Origin: Eledone cirrhosa
Taxonomy: Eukaryota
Length of the DNA: 64,000 bases
Assembly (NCBI GenBank): GCA_964016885.1
Contig: OZ024740.1
Location: 280,116,001-280,180,000 of the forward strand
Direction of reading: 5' to 3'
The notes beneath the pieces are model-generated. The model did not search any database. It was not told the DNA's origin and saw only the letters and a program-made list of their open reading frames with translations. Of this stretch, positions 48,194 to 63,310 are shown piece by piece; within the stretch, counting starts at the first letter, position 1, and every line of letters begins with the position of its first letter. A program made the translations under genes and the position numbers.

Positions 48194-48339
48194 CATACAC
48201 ATATATATATATACATATATATATATACATATATATATACATACACATATATATATATACACATATATATATATACATATATATATATATACATATATAT
48301 ATACATATATATATACATATATATATATACATATATATA

Positions 48340-48410
48340 TGATGGCTGCCCCCTCGTTATCGAGTATGGCCATTGCACAAAAAAAAATAAAAAAAAAAAT
48401 AAAAAAAAAA

Positions 48411-48475
<65 letters not shown>

Positions 48476-48483
48476 GGGAAAAG

Positions 48484-48516
<33 letters not shown>

Positions 48517-48598
48517 TATACACATACATACATATACATACATATATACACACACACATACATACACATACACATATATACACACATACATTAATAAC

Positions 48599-48638
<40 letters not shown>

Positions 48639-48717
48639 GCAATAATAATAATAACGACAACAACAATAATAATATACATATTCATATATATATACACACA
48701 CACGCACGCACATAAGC

Positions 48718-48755
<38 letters not shown>

Positions 48756-49068
48756 GATAGCAACTAACAGTGCTGTGATCGAATGTGGCTTTTTAGCCCA
48801 GCCAATGATCTAAAATGTCTTGCACAGAGTCGGCAACCAAAACATTTACTGGGAATAGTCGGCTGTGGTTGGAGTTCGTGTACTCTTGCATGTCGCTTGA
48901 GTCCTCCTGCTGATTTACATTCTCTACCACATGTTTGGCAAGCATGATGAGTAGCATCTCCAACAGCAGCCTGGTAGTCAACCACTGGTCTTACTTTATG
49001 ACTGCGAAGATGACTTTCGAGTCCAGCTTTGCTTAGGCAGAGTCTCGCACAGACGCTGCATGTCAGAA
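48340..49068 (-). mobile_element. RTE/BovB-like LINE 3' end encoding three tandem C2H2-type fingers, with microsatellite-rich 3' UTR
   Basis: [21 protein letters not shown] / [21 protein letters not shown] / [22 protein letters not shown] (stop at 48764); 3' hairpin ggccatactcgataacgagggggcagcc. Confidence 0.7.
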
Positions 49069-51974
<2,906 letters not shown>

Positions 51975-52049
51975 CCAGGAAGTTCCAACCGCTAAGGTTA
52001 TCTTTTTTCAGGTATGTCAATATTTATTTATAAAACTAATCTATATTAT

Positions 52050-52113
52050 ATTTTATCTGATGAAAGCGCAAAATAATTTGCCTTTGTGGCCCTTGAAATA
52101 TGTGTAATAGAAT
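52050..52113 (+). ncRNA. Minimal type-I hammerhead ribozyme in a pLTR-like island (51975-52250)
   Basis: AUUUUAU-CUGAUGA-AAG CGCAAA..UUUGUG(GCC)CUU-GAAA-UAUGUG-UA-AUAGAAU, then AATAAA. Confidence 0.7.
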
Positions 52114-52267
52114 AAATATGGTTTTATAAATGTAGTTTCCATTTGTTAATATATTGTACATTTACTCCACTATCTTGTTGAGTGCTTTATATCAGTTATA
52201 ACATTTCTTCAGCTTGTTGAATCCCAACAAATTAAATATAACCTCTGCATATATATATACACACACA

Positions 52268-53750
52268 CATGTATAAAGAAACAGTCAGCAAGGTTAGAAT
52301 TAACAACGAATATAGTGAAGAGTTTAGCGTAAAAGTTGGTGTCCATCAAGGCTCCGTTCTTAGCCCCCTACTATTTATTATTGCCCTTCAGGATATAACA
52401 GAGGAGTTCAAGACCGGCTGCCCATGGAAACTCCTATATGCAGATGATCTAACGCTCATAGTTGGATCAATGGCTGAACTAGAGAAGAAATTCCAAACAT
52501 GGAAGCATGGCCTAGAATCAAAAGGCCTTAAAGTTAACTTGTCTAAGACTAAAGTTCTAGTTTGTAGGAAGGAAAATAGGGCACCGGTCCCATCTGGGAA
52601 ATGGCCATGCTCAGTGTGTAGGAAAAGAGTAGGCAGAAACTCCATTTTATGTCCCAAATGCAAAGTATGGGTGCATAAAAGATGTAGTGGGATCACAGGT
52701 AAGCTAACTAAGAATATAGATTTTATATGTGGCCGGTGCTCTGGTGCAATAAGTAGCAGCAAGTGCCCACAGAATAGTAGCTCATTCCATTGCACAGATG
52801 GTTCTATAGAAATAGTGGACACCTTCCGTTACCTGGGTGACAAAATCAGCAGTGGGGGAGGGTGCTCTGAAAGTACAGTAGCTAGAGTCAGAACGGGATG
52901 GAAAAAGTTCAGAGAGCTTATACCACTATTGGCCGCTAAAGGGTTCTCTCTAAAAATGAAAGGCAGGCTGTATGATGCCTGCATACAAACAGCAATGTTA
53001 CATGGCAGTGAGACATGGGCCTTGTGTGCAGAGGATCTACGCAGACTAGAGAGAAACGAAGCTTGCATGCTCCGCTGGATGTGTAATAGTAATATACGTG
53101 AACGGCAAAGCATAAACGAACTAAGGGAGAAATTAGGAATAAGAGAGATCAGATGTTGTTTACTCGAGAGAAGACTATGTTGGTACGGTCACGTGATGTG
53201 CATGAAAGATGACAGCTGTATAAAAAAGTGCAGGGCGATAAAAATAGACGGTAGCCACGGAGTAGGCAGACCCAGAAAAACCTGGGACTTGATAAATTCC
53301 GACCTCACACACTTACACCTCTTCAAGATCTTTGGCGCTACACTGTTATACAGAAGACCCGCCTTGCCTAAGTACAAAGCGAAACCTACAGTCAGGCACC
53401 TAACAAAATACATCCCCATCCCACTACCCCCACTCCATCCACACCACCCCTTTCAATGTAAAGTTATGTTGGTGCCACAACATCGAGTCCTAAAAAAATA
53501 AGATCCTGTAGGTGTCACGAAAAAAAAAACAGTCCACACTGTAATGTGGCCATGTAGGTAACACGGTACAAACCTCCCAGTCCACACTGTAAACGTGGTT
53601 GGTGTTGGGAAGGGCACCCAGCCGTAGAAAACCTGCCAGACAGTCCTATACGAGCAGGACAACCAATCTTGCCTCAAGTGGGAAAACTCCCGTCCAAACC
53701 CATGCAAGCGTGGAAGATGGACGTTAAACGATGATAATGATGATGATGAT
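52268..53750 (+). mobile_element. 5'-truncated RTE LINE (RT C-half, PHD-like finger, thumb, 3' UTR)
   Basis: ORF 52269-53501: [51 protein letters not shown]; (GAT)n tail. Confidence 0.95.
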
Positions 53751-53753
53751 ATA

Positions 53754-54621
53754 CAGGGTGCAGACAATATTTGTTCGCAAGATTACTGTCTAGGAAAAAA
53801 TAACACAGTAGTTTTATTTTTTAAGATATATTTATCAAACTTGGGTCAGTTTGTCTTCATGACTTGTTCTTTCCATCTCACGATAAACCCGCCATTGGTT
53901 TTTTTGACGGCCTCGGAACCGGCTACAGGCCTTCGTCACTGAACCCCCGACTTAGGCCCCTAAAGGCACTTGTGATCCTGGCCTTCAGATCGTCTTTTGT
54001 ATTGCAGTTAGATCTGTTGGTGTCTCGTTCCACTGCGCCCCACACAAAGAAGTCGAGGGGTTGTAGGCAAGCGAGCTGGGAGGCCAGATGAAGTGTGGTC
54101 GACGAAGTTCTCTGACAGCCAGGCTTGGGTCTTTCGGCTGGTATGGCAGGTCGCTGAGTCTTGCTGCAACACGTACGGCCTACCTGCAGCTACCTGGTCG
54201 ATCCAGGGCTTTAATACCTCGCTCAGAACGATGGATGTAGCCATCCGTGTTCAGCTTGAGGCCCTCAGGGAAGAAGTGAGGTGGCATGACGTCACTTTGA
54301 CTGCTGACGACACCTAAGACCAATGTTGTCGCTGGAAACTTTGTGTGGATGACTCTGGGCACGTCTTTGGATGAGACAGCGAGCCACCAGTTGTTCTGGG
54401 AGTTTATCTTCTGGTCTTATTTGTCCTCCCGGCACGGATTCCAAGAAGAACTCTGTGTCTCTTCCACAAATTTGGAGGTTCAAAATTATTCATAATCAAT
54501 TATTCTGAAAATAAATAATGGAAATATAGTCACTGTTTTTATGAAGACAAGAGTGACAACGGAAGTAAAAAAAATTTGCATAAAATTCGCAGTTGAAAAC
54601 TGAACAAATATCGTCCACATC

Positions 54622-54624
<3 letters not shown>
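53754..54624 (-). mobile_element. Tc1/mariner (maT/DD37D-like) transposon, internally deleted and decayed
   Basis: TA-flanked TIRs cagggtgcagacaatatttgttc / gaacaaatatcgtccacatcctg; remnants TKFPATTLVLGVVSS..VMPPHFF, KPWI..QQDSATCH, WPPSSP.YNPLDFFVWG. Confidence 0.88.
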
Positions 54625-54668
<44 letters not shown>

Positions 54669-55023
54669 ACAAATTATATATACAACATAAATATATATAT
54701 GTATGTATATAAATATATATAAATACATATATATCATTTTTACGTCTGCTTTTCCATGCTTACATGGGCACTATCCACTCGTTGTGTTCCTTTGTCATCT
54801 CCTCTGTGAGTCTCAGTGATATCAGGTCAGCTCTCACTACCTCTGCCCAGGTCTTTCTTGGCTTACTTTCACTGTGCCTTCCTTCCACTGGGATTTCCTG
54901 GCATTTCACCACCTAATGTCCACACTCCCTGCTTGCAATGGTTGGACGGGTCTTCAAAAACTCAGTCAGTACTCATGGGAAGAAACAGGTTCTTTTTTTG
55001 TGTATATCTAGTGAACTGTCGAC

Positions 55024-55075
<52 letters not shown>

Positions 55076-55250
55076 TGAAATTTTAATTAGAGGCAGCCAT
55101 ACTTCAGACTATGTATTGACCTTTACATTAAAAGTACATAAAATGACCATTGACCCCGACTTCAAAAACGATTTGAGGTTTTATATCTAATCGGTCAAGT
55201 GATAGTTGACGATTTATTAAGAAATGGCCAAAATATTATTATTATTATTG

Positions 55251-55480
55251 CTAAGCCGAGGTTAACTTTGCCTTTCATTCTTTCGGGGTCGATAAAATAA
55301 AGTACCAGTAATGTACTGAAATTATTGCTGGCCTTGTGCCAAAAGTAGAAACAATTATTATTGCTAAGAAATGACGAATGTTTGAGTGGCAGAAACGATA
55401 CAGTTCTACATTGTTCTGAGTTCACATCCCGCTGGTGATGACTACTATTCATTCCTCTACGGTCTGCAAAATAAATGCTG
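55251..55480 (+). mobile_element. SINE fragments (same family as 5844-5990)
   Basis: gccgaggttaactttgcctttcattctttcggggtcgataaaataaagtaccagt and tggcagaaacgata..gttctgagttcacatcccgc. Confidence 0.7.
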
Positions 55481-56310
55481 ACATACATGATACCCACCCA
55501 ATTATCTACTTTACGTTGGCTAAATAAACAATATAAGCCAAAAAAAAAAAAAAAAAGTCTAAAGAAATATAATAATAAAAAAAAAAAAGAATTCCGTATG
55601 ATGATGTATAATTCGATTTTCAAAGATTCGATTCTGTCTTAACAAAATTACTATTCACTGAAATAATTTAAATTTCTGGAAAAATTTCATACAATTCAAT
55701 AAGCCAGATTGTTGAAAATAGAAAATAGAACAAATATTCATAGCTGTCTTTTAAAACTTCATTGTTACATAAATAAATAAATATATATATCAGAGAAAGT
55801 CGAGTACCAGCCAACCATGATACATATGATAAAAGCAACTCTACTACATGGATGGAGTCACCCCATTAGTAAATGTTAGTTATTTTATACACCACACAAA
55901 TCTACACCCCATTATTAACACACACACATACGTGTATATTTCATACATACTCGCATGTGTGTGTTAATGGTGGGTTCTAAATTCATGAGTGTATAATATA
56001 TATATATAAACTATGTAAATTATATTTGAATTAAATAGATTTTTTTAAACTATTGAAATGGGTCTTGCTCGAGAAATTTTAAACTAATTAATATTTTCTA
56101 TATGTTTTCAATGCCGATCTTCATTTTCTGCATTCAGTCCCAAACAGTGATTAGCTGAAAAGGATACAGCAACAATCAGCTGATTCAGAAACAGAAAAGC
56201 AAAGCTAAATATATATACAATGTCTACAAATAGAAAGCATCAAACAGCTACAGCTTCACTTGAAAACACTTCGAACATATAACTTTAAAAGAGAGTGAGA
56301 AGGTAAAAAA

Positions 56311-56362
<52 letters not shown>

Positions 56363-57304
56363 AGGAGGAGGATAAATGCCACCGTTGACGACAATAGGTT
56401 TAGTGAAATACATACGTTGACAAAACGTGTATGTTAACTAACCTCCTTCACAAAGTAGAAAAAAAACAAAAAACATTTATATCGACAAAAATAGTTGCGG
56501 ATTAACAAGCATTCGGAACAGAATTATTGTTGTGTATATTTATTTATTTTCTGAGTTCATGACACAAATATTTTAGACTTACATAACTAATTAAAAACAA
56601 AAAAATAAATTAAAAAGTGACAGTGCATTATTTAATGTATGTGGTGTGTTTTAGGGGTGTTTAAAAAGGGCTGCGCGAAACAACAACGGTTGATAAATTA
56701 TTTTCTAAGAAAGCAGAATTTATCACAGTGGAATCTGATCCGTTTGACTACACTTCGTAGAAACACAGTTCACAAAGTACTTTGTCGAATACACACATAT
56801 ATATTGCAAATTTCACGTGAATTTAAAAGTTATATAAATGCAGACAAAAGTGTGAGTGTTTATAAATATATTAAAATGTTTAGCGTAAGAACACACATAT
56901 GTACAACAAAATGTGGCAGGGTTATTATATAAGCAATTTCAAATCTATATGCTATTTATATCTAATACAGATTTCAATAACCATCCCCTCTTTTTTATGA
57001 TGGCTCTGTAGAACTAACTATATATAGACAATTCTGTAATCTATGTCGATCAAGTGCATCCTAATGTTTTTAGCGGAAGGGGTAGATATTTATTAGCGAA
57101 GGAAAAAAGTGGGGAGGGAGAAAAATTAAATTAATAAAATTAGTATTTAATTTAGATATGGCATTGCGGTGCCCACATGATAAAATGAATATCGGCTCTT
57201 AGTATGAATATCGATTTATGTAAATAGGACTTCAAGGAAAATAAAAGTCTGTTGTTTTTTTAGGGGTATTAGTGACGTCAACGAAAGCAAATCACAAACG
57301 AGTC

Positions 57305-57462
57305 TGCGTGGTCACTTGAAATTCTAGAAATAGCAACCACAAAGTCTATCTTAAAACAGAAAAGGAAGGACACATTGAACAATGTAGTCCTAGATATATT
57401 GTCTAGAAAAAGAAAGATGGGATGGTCACGGCTTTGATGAGCCAGGCTGATAAGGGGTAAAC
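57305..57462. mobile_element. Second short interspersed repeat (also at 58262-58605)
   Basis: Shared gtggtcact..ctagaaatagcaacc..cattgaacaatgtagtcc..gatggtcacggc. Confidence 0.55.
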
Positions 57463-57925
57463 AGCAAGAACCAAATCACGAACGTACCGAGAGCTTAGAC
57501 ACACCAAATTAGCATCTATTTTAAGCAATGCTACGAATCCTTTATTCTTTTTCTTTCTTATGTTGATGTCAGCATGAATAAACCGTTATTTATTTACTGG
57601 ATATTTTTGGATGCCTAGTTTTAGCATTTAATGACCACTTCATACTATAATTTACATTTTTCACATAGTCCTACAATACTAATACAATGAACATTAATTC
57701 AAATAAAAAAGGACGGTATGTCAATGCATTATGAAATATTTATATTGATAGCTGTAGTGTGAAGTTGGGGGGATTCTTCAAAGTTAGGGCGATAGAACTA
57801 TAAATATTCGGGTATAAGATTAAAACTGAATAATTTCAATAAATTAAAATAAATATCTGCTAGGATTGTGTACAAATAATAATTTTATTTATAGTGCAAA
57901 ATAATAATAATATATATATATATAC

Positions 57926-57981
57926 CTTAATGTCATATCAAGGTTTTCGAAATGGCTATCCAATTCAACACCAGTCCTCAT
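57926..57981 (-). CDS. Candidate first coding exon of a minus-strand host gene (MRTGVELDSHFENLDMTLR|; upstream in-frame ATG at 58119 possible)
   Basis: Unique, GC-richer sequence ending in AAG|GTAT donor at 57925; lies immediately downstream of promoter-type motifs; product not recognised. Confidence 0.4.
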
Positions 57982-58068
57982 CGTAAATACTGTGGGAGAA
58001 CAATCAGTTGTTGACAAAACTCCCTTCGTGCAAGTGACTACGCTGAGATACCATGAGATTGAGCAAAC

Positions 58069-58132
58069 TGCGCATGTACCAGACAGCTGAGACGAAGAGA
58101 AAGCGAAAAAGGCCAGCATGACGTCACTTCCT
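58069..58132 (-). promoter_or_regulatory. Putative housekeeping-type promoter: overlapping ETS-CRE motif and NRF1-like site
   Basis: AGGAAGTGACGTCA (58119-58132, minus strand) and TGCGCATGT (58069-58077). Confidence 0.5.
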
Positions 58133-58324
58133 ATGTCATAAATACTATCGCAATTTCTTCATTAACACTAATTTATTTATTTATTTATTTATTCATTCAA
58201 AGATTTCTCTATTTAAGAATGCATTCTCTTTCAACAAAAACACACACAAAACAAACAAGAGAGCCTCTACGTGGCCACTCAACTTGCTAGAAATAGCAAC
58301 CTAATATCCGTGAAATCAAAGACC

Positions 58325-58492
58325 TTCTTTTCTTCGCCCACTTATTCCTGAGAGGGTCGTGGGGGCAGAGTCCTCAAACACTCCCTCCAGCGGGTCCTGT
58401 CAGAAGCAACCGTCTTCAACTGATCCAGTTGGATTCCCAAGCGTGACCAGCCAAGCTCATGGATGTTATCCAACCATGTTGCTCGGAGTCTT
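58325..58492 (-). mobile_element. Expander-like RTE 3' end nested in a short interspersed repeat
   Basis: RLRATWLDNIHELGWSRLGI..VASDRTRWRECLRTLPPRP*; gaagaaaagaa tail. Confidence 0.75.
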
Positions 58493-58919
58493 CACCATCT
58501 TAAATAAAGAATGATACATTAAACAATGTAATCCTCCACACACAAAAGAAACGACGTGATGGTCATGGCAGGAACGTCTTTGATTTTGCTCCATCAGAGC
58601 TGACTGATATTTTCTACTGATTTGTTTGTCCTGTTACGTTTGTTTTCATAAAAATGTAAATGATCAGGTAACTTGTCAAAAGGTTAGTAGTTCGTACTCA
58701 GCCAACAGCATAACCCAGTCTGTGTAACTGCAGGAATAACTCGCTTCTGTAAACAGCAACATTGTTAAATTTATAAGTTAGTTGTTGATTTTTAGCCCCA
58801 GTTCAAACACCCATTATGAAATGCACTCCTGTTGCGGCCATCTCGTCTTTTATTTAAACATTGTGTTTAAAACTATTGGCAGCATAGGATTCCCTGCTTC
58901 CCAGCATAGAGTTAAGACC

Positions 58920-59062
58920 CTTTAGTTCAAATCCCACCGAGGTTAGCTTTGCCTTTCATCCTTACGGGGTCGATAAAATAAAGTACCAGTCACGCACTGG
59001 GGTCGATTTAATCGACTTTCCCCTCCCCCCAAATTGCTGGATTTGTGCTTAAAATAGAAACC
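58920..59062 (+). mobile_element. SINE (same family as 5844-5990)
   Basis: gttcaaatcccaccgaggttagctttgcctttcatcc..ggggtcgataaaataaagtaccagt..ctggggtcgat. Confidence 0.8.
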
Positions 59063-59129
59063 ATTTTTTAATATGTCCTTCCTTTATGACGACAAGTCGA
59101 GGGATCATTTGGAATAATCATTCGAGATT

Positions 59130-59900
59130 TCCCAGCTGAGAGAAAAGTAGGCTCGGAGGGGGAGGTGTGTGATAATTTTGGGGAACTTGGAGTCTGGTTA
59201 ACGTCAGTTTCTCTGGAGTTCTGTAACCAGGCAGCATTGCTTTAACAATTCGAGAGCCTAGACTCACGCAAATGTTAGACTTTGTCTTTATGCTGCTTTC
59301 TTTTATCCCTGTTTGTTCGTCTTGGACAACATCCTCTTCTTTCCAACACGGACTAGCTCCAACAGAGAAGTGGATGAAGTTCTGCTACAGTGGAATGAAC
59401 TGAGTTTGTCAGCTCCTGTTGCAGAGCCGGATCAATTGAAGCAAAGAGTTTGGGATAACTTACAATCGAGAGACACTTTCAACTGTTTCTTTGCTCAATC
59501 TACTCAATTCTCAAAGTGCTGCTTTATTTCTGTGAGTGCCAAATTCTCGGAGGACTGGGTTGATGCTTTGTCCGTGACGTTCATCGGTGGCCTACTCAGC
59601 TTGGATGAGCTCCACATCTCTATCACGCTATCAGAGGCGACACCTAGTTTTAAACAGGGAATTAAATGTCCATGTGGCAAGTCTCCTGACTCTATGGCTC
59701 TTTACAGAGTGTTTTATTGTTTGAATGCAAGACACTTTGGTCATCATACCGAGCTGAACTTAATAATTAAACAGATTCTTGCTAGAGTCAAAACCTTCTC
59801 AACTGCCCAGGCTTGATGTGCAAAGGCTAGATGGTCATACTCTTTGTCTTTGAGTTAGAGGTAGATCTGTAACAGTAATTTGAACTCTTGTGCTGATGTC
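59130..59900 (+). mobile_element. CRE-clade retrotransposon C-terminal relic (zinc knuckle plus restriction-like endonuclease)
   Basis: ORF 59313-59816 QRVWD..SEDWVDAL..GLLSLDELHI..KCPCGK..GHHTELNLIIKQIL, followed by RLDGHTL..RGRS (cf. RPDG.TL.PW..G). Confidence 0.75.
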
Positions 59901-60359
59901 AGCAAAGTAGATCAGTGTCATCACACATGCTGGTCTCTGGGCCACATGGTCATTGGCAGTTTATTTAAGATAACACTTTTTTCAAACCATTCTGCTCCTG
60001 TCTCGCAAAAGAGATAGATCACACAGAGTTTGTTCCAGCAAGCAGAAGAGTGTAGCACTGAAGCAAAGTTTTGGTTGTTGTGAAAGAGGATGATAAACAA
60101 GACAAATACCAATAATTCTAGTTGAATTTATATCTTTACTTCACTTCAGCAAAAAGGAAAAAATTACTTCGAATTGGAAATATAAAGTTTGATTATAGTA
60201 TTCACAAATGAATATAGTGTTCAATAAGGCTTCTGTCTCTTTATTTACTATGCCATGTTCCCTTAAAAAGTCACAAGTTGTAGTCAGACAGTAAGTACCA
60301 GCAGAAGTAGTAGTAAAGTCTATTATGGTGAGATGATGATATATAAGCACAGTGACAGG

Positions 60360-60720
60360 GAAACTGTGTTGTCTTGGAGAAGAGGCAGATGATTGACAGT
60401 TGTTGAAATGCCAATGGAAGAATTGCTGTCAGGCCCTTGTCGAGAGGGCCAGAATCTTTGGCTAAGTGCTACATCTCTCTACTTGCTAGAGCAACTCCTG
60501 TGATGTTTCCTTTTTGAGAGACAAGAGCAGAATGTGTGTAGAAGCTAGTTAATTTCTGATAAACTGCAAATGACTCCCTTTTCCAGATTGGGAGATGCCA
60601 GATTTTGAGACAAAAGAAAATGAGCAATGTGTTGCCTGAGGTCAGCATATATGGTCGCACTGACATACTTTGCTAACATCAGAACGAGAGTTTAAATTAC
60701 TGCTACAGCACTTAGCCAAA
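60360..60720 (-). mobile_element. Old CR1/Jockey-group LINE relic
   Basis: KIWHL..GNITGVALASRE-like remnant of the inter-domain region; decayed. Confidence 0.35.
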
Positions 60721-61199
60721 AAACTCTAGCCCTCTTGACAGAGTCGACACTTCGATTAAGGTTAATTGCATGCATCTTGTCAGATTATTACAGCATTCAT
60801 GCAAACCAGCCACATAAACATAATACACAGTTCACATGATGTTTTGTTGTTTTCCTATGTTGTCAAAATAACCTTGATGCAAATTTCTTAATAAAAATTA
60901 TTATGGTAGCAATGTTTGTTATTGTTTATAGAATATTGCTAACGGCAGCTTTACTTTCAACCTTCAACTAATGACTATGGCATCAAATATGGTTACACAT
61001 CTCAACTCATTGAGATACACACACACAATTCATTTGCCATAAGTCATTAACATTCCCACAGCACTTGTACAGGGGAGAGCAATTCATGGAATCACCCACC
61101 AAGCCAACTATTACTACTACAACACCTGCCATGCCAAAGTAAACAACAATACCAAACCAATACCTACTCCTCACATGCTACAACCAAATAACTGTATCA

Positions 61200-61445
61200 C
61201 TATAGATGTCTCATTTGGGATGTCACAGATAGCAACTCTTGCTCCATCCCACATCGGCAAATTTTTTTTCTCCAGCATGTGGCGTTCCAGACGTTCGTAG
61301 AAGCTGAACCATTGACAATGAAGATCTTGTTGGTTCTTGGTGGCTCATCTTAGTGATGAATCAGATGATACCCCCAAGGGTGTTTGGTTATTCCAGCGCC
61401 TTAGCCTTGCTACCGCTAGCAACAATACCATGAGTGTCTTGACTT
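61200..61445 (+). mobile_element. Third CRE-clade RLE relic
   Basis: RCLIWDVT..TLAPSHI and WLFQRLSLA..NNTMSVL. Confidence 0.65.
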
Positions 61446-61721
61446 GCTTAAAAAATCATTAGAGGGAAATTCCAACGTTTCCATTCTTGTATTCCTATTT
61501 GCATTATACCAGTTTCCTCCAAAACAAGCATAACCACATATTTCATAATTTCAAATGTAGGTTACTACATCAAAGCAGGTTTTTGACTATAAAAAGCAGT
61601 CAAACAAGTTGAGTGCATAAGCCCCCAAACGTGGAAAGAAGTGGACAGCATCTCCTGCATTGAAGCAGTTAACTTCAAGCGAATATACATTTGAAATTCA
61701 TAAATTCACTCAGTACTCCTA

Positions 61722-62112
61722 ATAATGGCTTTTGATTTAGGCACAAGATCAACAATTTTGGGGATGGGGAAAGTCAACTAAATTGTGCATTACTAGTACT
61801 TTATTTTAGCAACTTCATAAGGATGAAAGACAAAGCTAACTTCGATGGGATTTGAACTCAGAATGTAAAGGGCTGCAACTCTATGCCGCAAATCATGTCT
61901 GACGCTCTACCGATACTGCCAATCCACGGCAAGTAGGTCTCCTTAATAATGGTTTCCGATTTAGGCACAAGGCCAACAATTTTGGGGGAGGGAAAAACGA
62001 TTTATTCAACCCCAGTACATTACTGATGCTTTATTTTATCGACCCCGTAAGGATGAAAGGCAAAGCTAAATTTGGTAGTATTTGAATTCAGAACGTAAAG
62101 GGACGTATCTCT
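61722..62112 (-). mobile_element. Two adjacent SINE copies
   Basis: ggcacaag..tactttatttt..ggatgaaag.caaagct..tttgaactcagaa.gtaaagg (reverse of the 5844 family), at 61722-61930 and 61945-62112. Confidence 0.8.
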
Positions 62113-62410
62113 ATGTGTAAACACACACACATTCTTCAGATAAAAAAAATTGTGGAGCGAAACATAATAAAATCTCGCAATACAATATAGGATGATGAAC
62201 TTTTACTCTTGGTACACTTTATTGTGCGACATTAACGTTATGACATGCAATATATATATATACTGCAACTTTGCCCTTGATTTTTAAAAATCTCTCTCTA
62301 TATATATATATTTATATATATATAAAAAAAATACATTAATATAGATAAAAATAAAATCATTTCAATCATATACCATAGACAGCTCAATACAAACATTTTT
62401 TTACAGAGCT

Positions 62411-62620
62411 TCATCATCATTATCATCATTGCCGTTTAACGTCAATTTTTCCACGCTAGCATTGGTTAGTTGAATTGTCCTGTTGTGAGACAAGTCAGAT
62501 CAGGTGACCATGTCTTGCACATACTGGCATAATTTCTAGGGCTGAATGCCCCTCCTAACACCAACCACATATACAGTGAATACAGGGTGCTTTTTGTTGA
62601 GATGCCTACATGACCACTTT
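62411..62620 (-). mobile_element. Degenerate RTE 3' tail
   Basis: catcatcat..ccgtttaacgtc..ttccacgctagcat; homologous to 17925-18130. Confidence 0.75.
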
Positions 62621-62959
62621 ACCTAAATTATATTTAGGTATAATAATACATAGTATATTAAAAACCTAGCATTTAAAGGAAAAATATAATTGTAGTTACA
62701 ACCTACCTGCAGTTTAATATGACCAAGAAAAATACCAATTAAACATAATTAAAATGGTTAATTAGTAAATTAAAACAGTCAGTACTCAGTAAGCAAGTCA
62801 TAAAACATACTGAAAGCTTTTTCAAGAAAATTCACACACACACACACACACACTCACACACGCGCACACACACACACATGTGCGCGCACACACACACACA
62901 CAGATATATATATATGAAAATCATCCCAACTGTATGGATGTCTTCATTGTGAATATGGG

Positions 62960-63310
62960 AAAGCATAAACGAACTGAGAGAGAAACTAGGCACTAGAGAA
63001 ATGCAGTGTTCAGGAGAAGAGACTGCGTTGGTATAGACATGTGATGCATATGAAGGATAACAGACGTATAAAGAGATGCAGAGTGCTCAAAGTCGATGGA
63101 AGTATTGGAGTGGGGAGACCCAGGAAGACTTGGGATGAAGTGATAAAAGCTGACCTTGCTCAATTGCACCTCTCAAAGACAATGACATAGGACTGGGATC
63201 TCTGGCATTATGCAGTAATACAGAAGACCTACCTTCCCATGAGCACAGGCTGAAGCTGAAACATACATCTCTCATGAGGACAGGCTGTAGCATACATCTA
63301 GTAAAGCCAC
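62960..63310 (+). mobile_element. Degenerate RTE ORF2 C-terminus
   Basis: [37 protein letters not shown]. Confidence 0.85.

Noticed and set aside
48379-48755. Poly-I/L/F ORFs resembling membrane proteins
   Set aside because: Translations of poly(A), (AAT)n and (CA)n tracts
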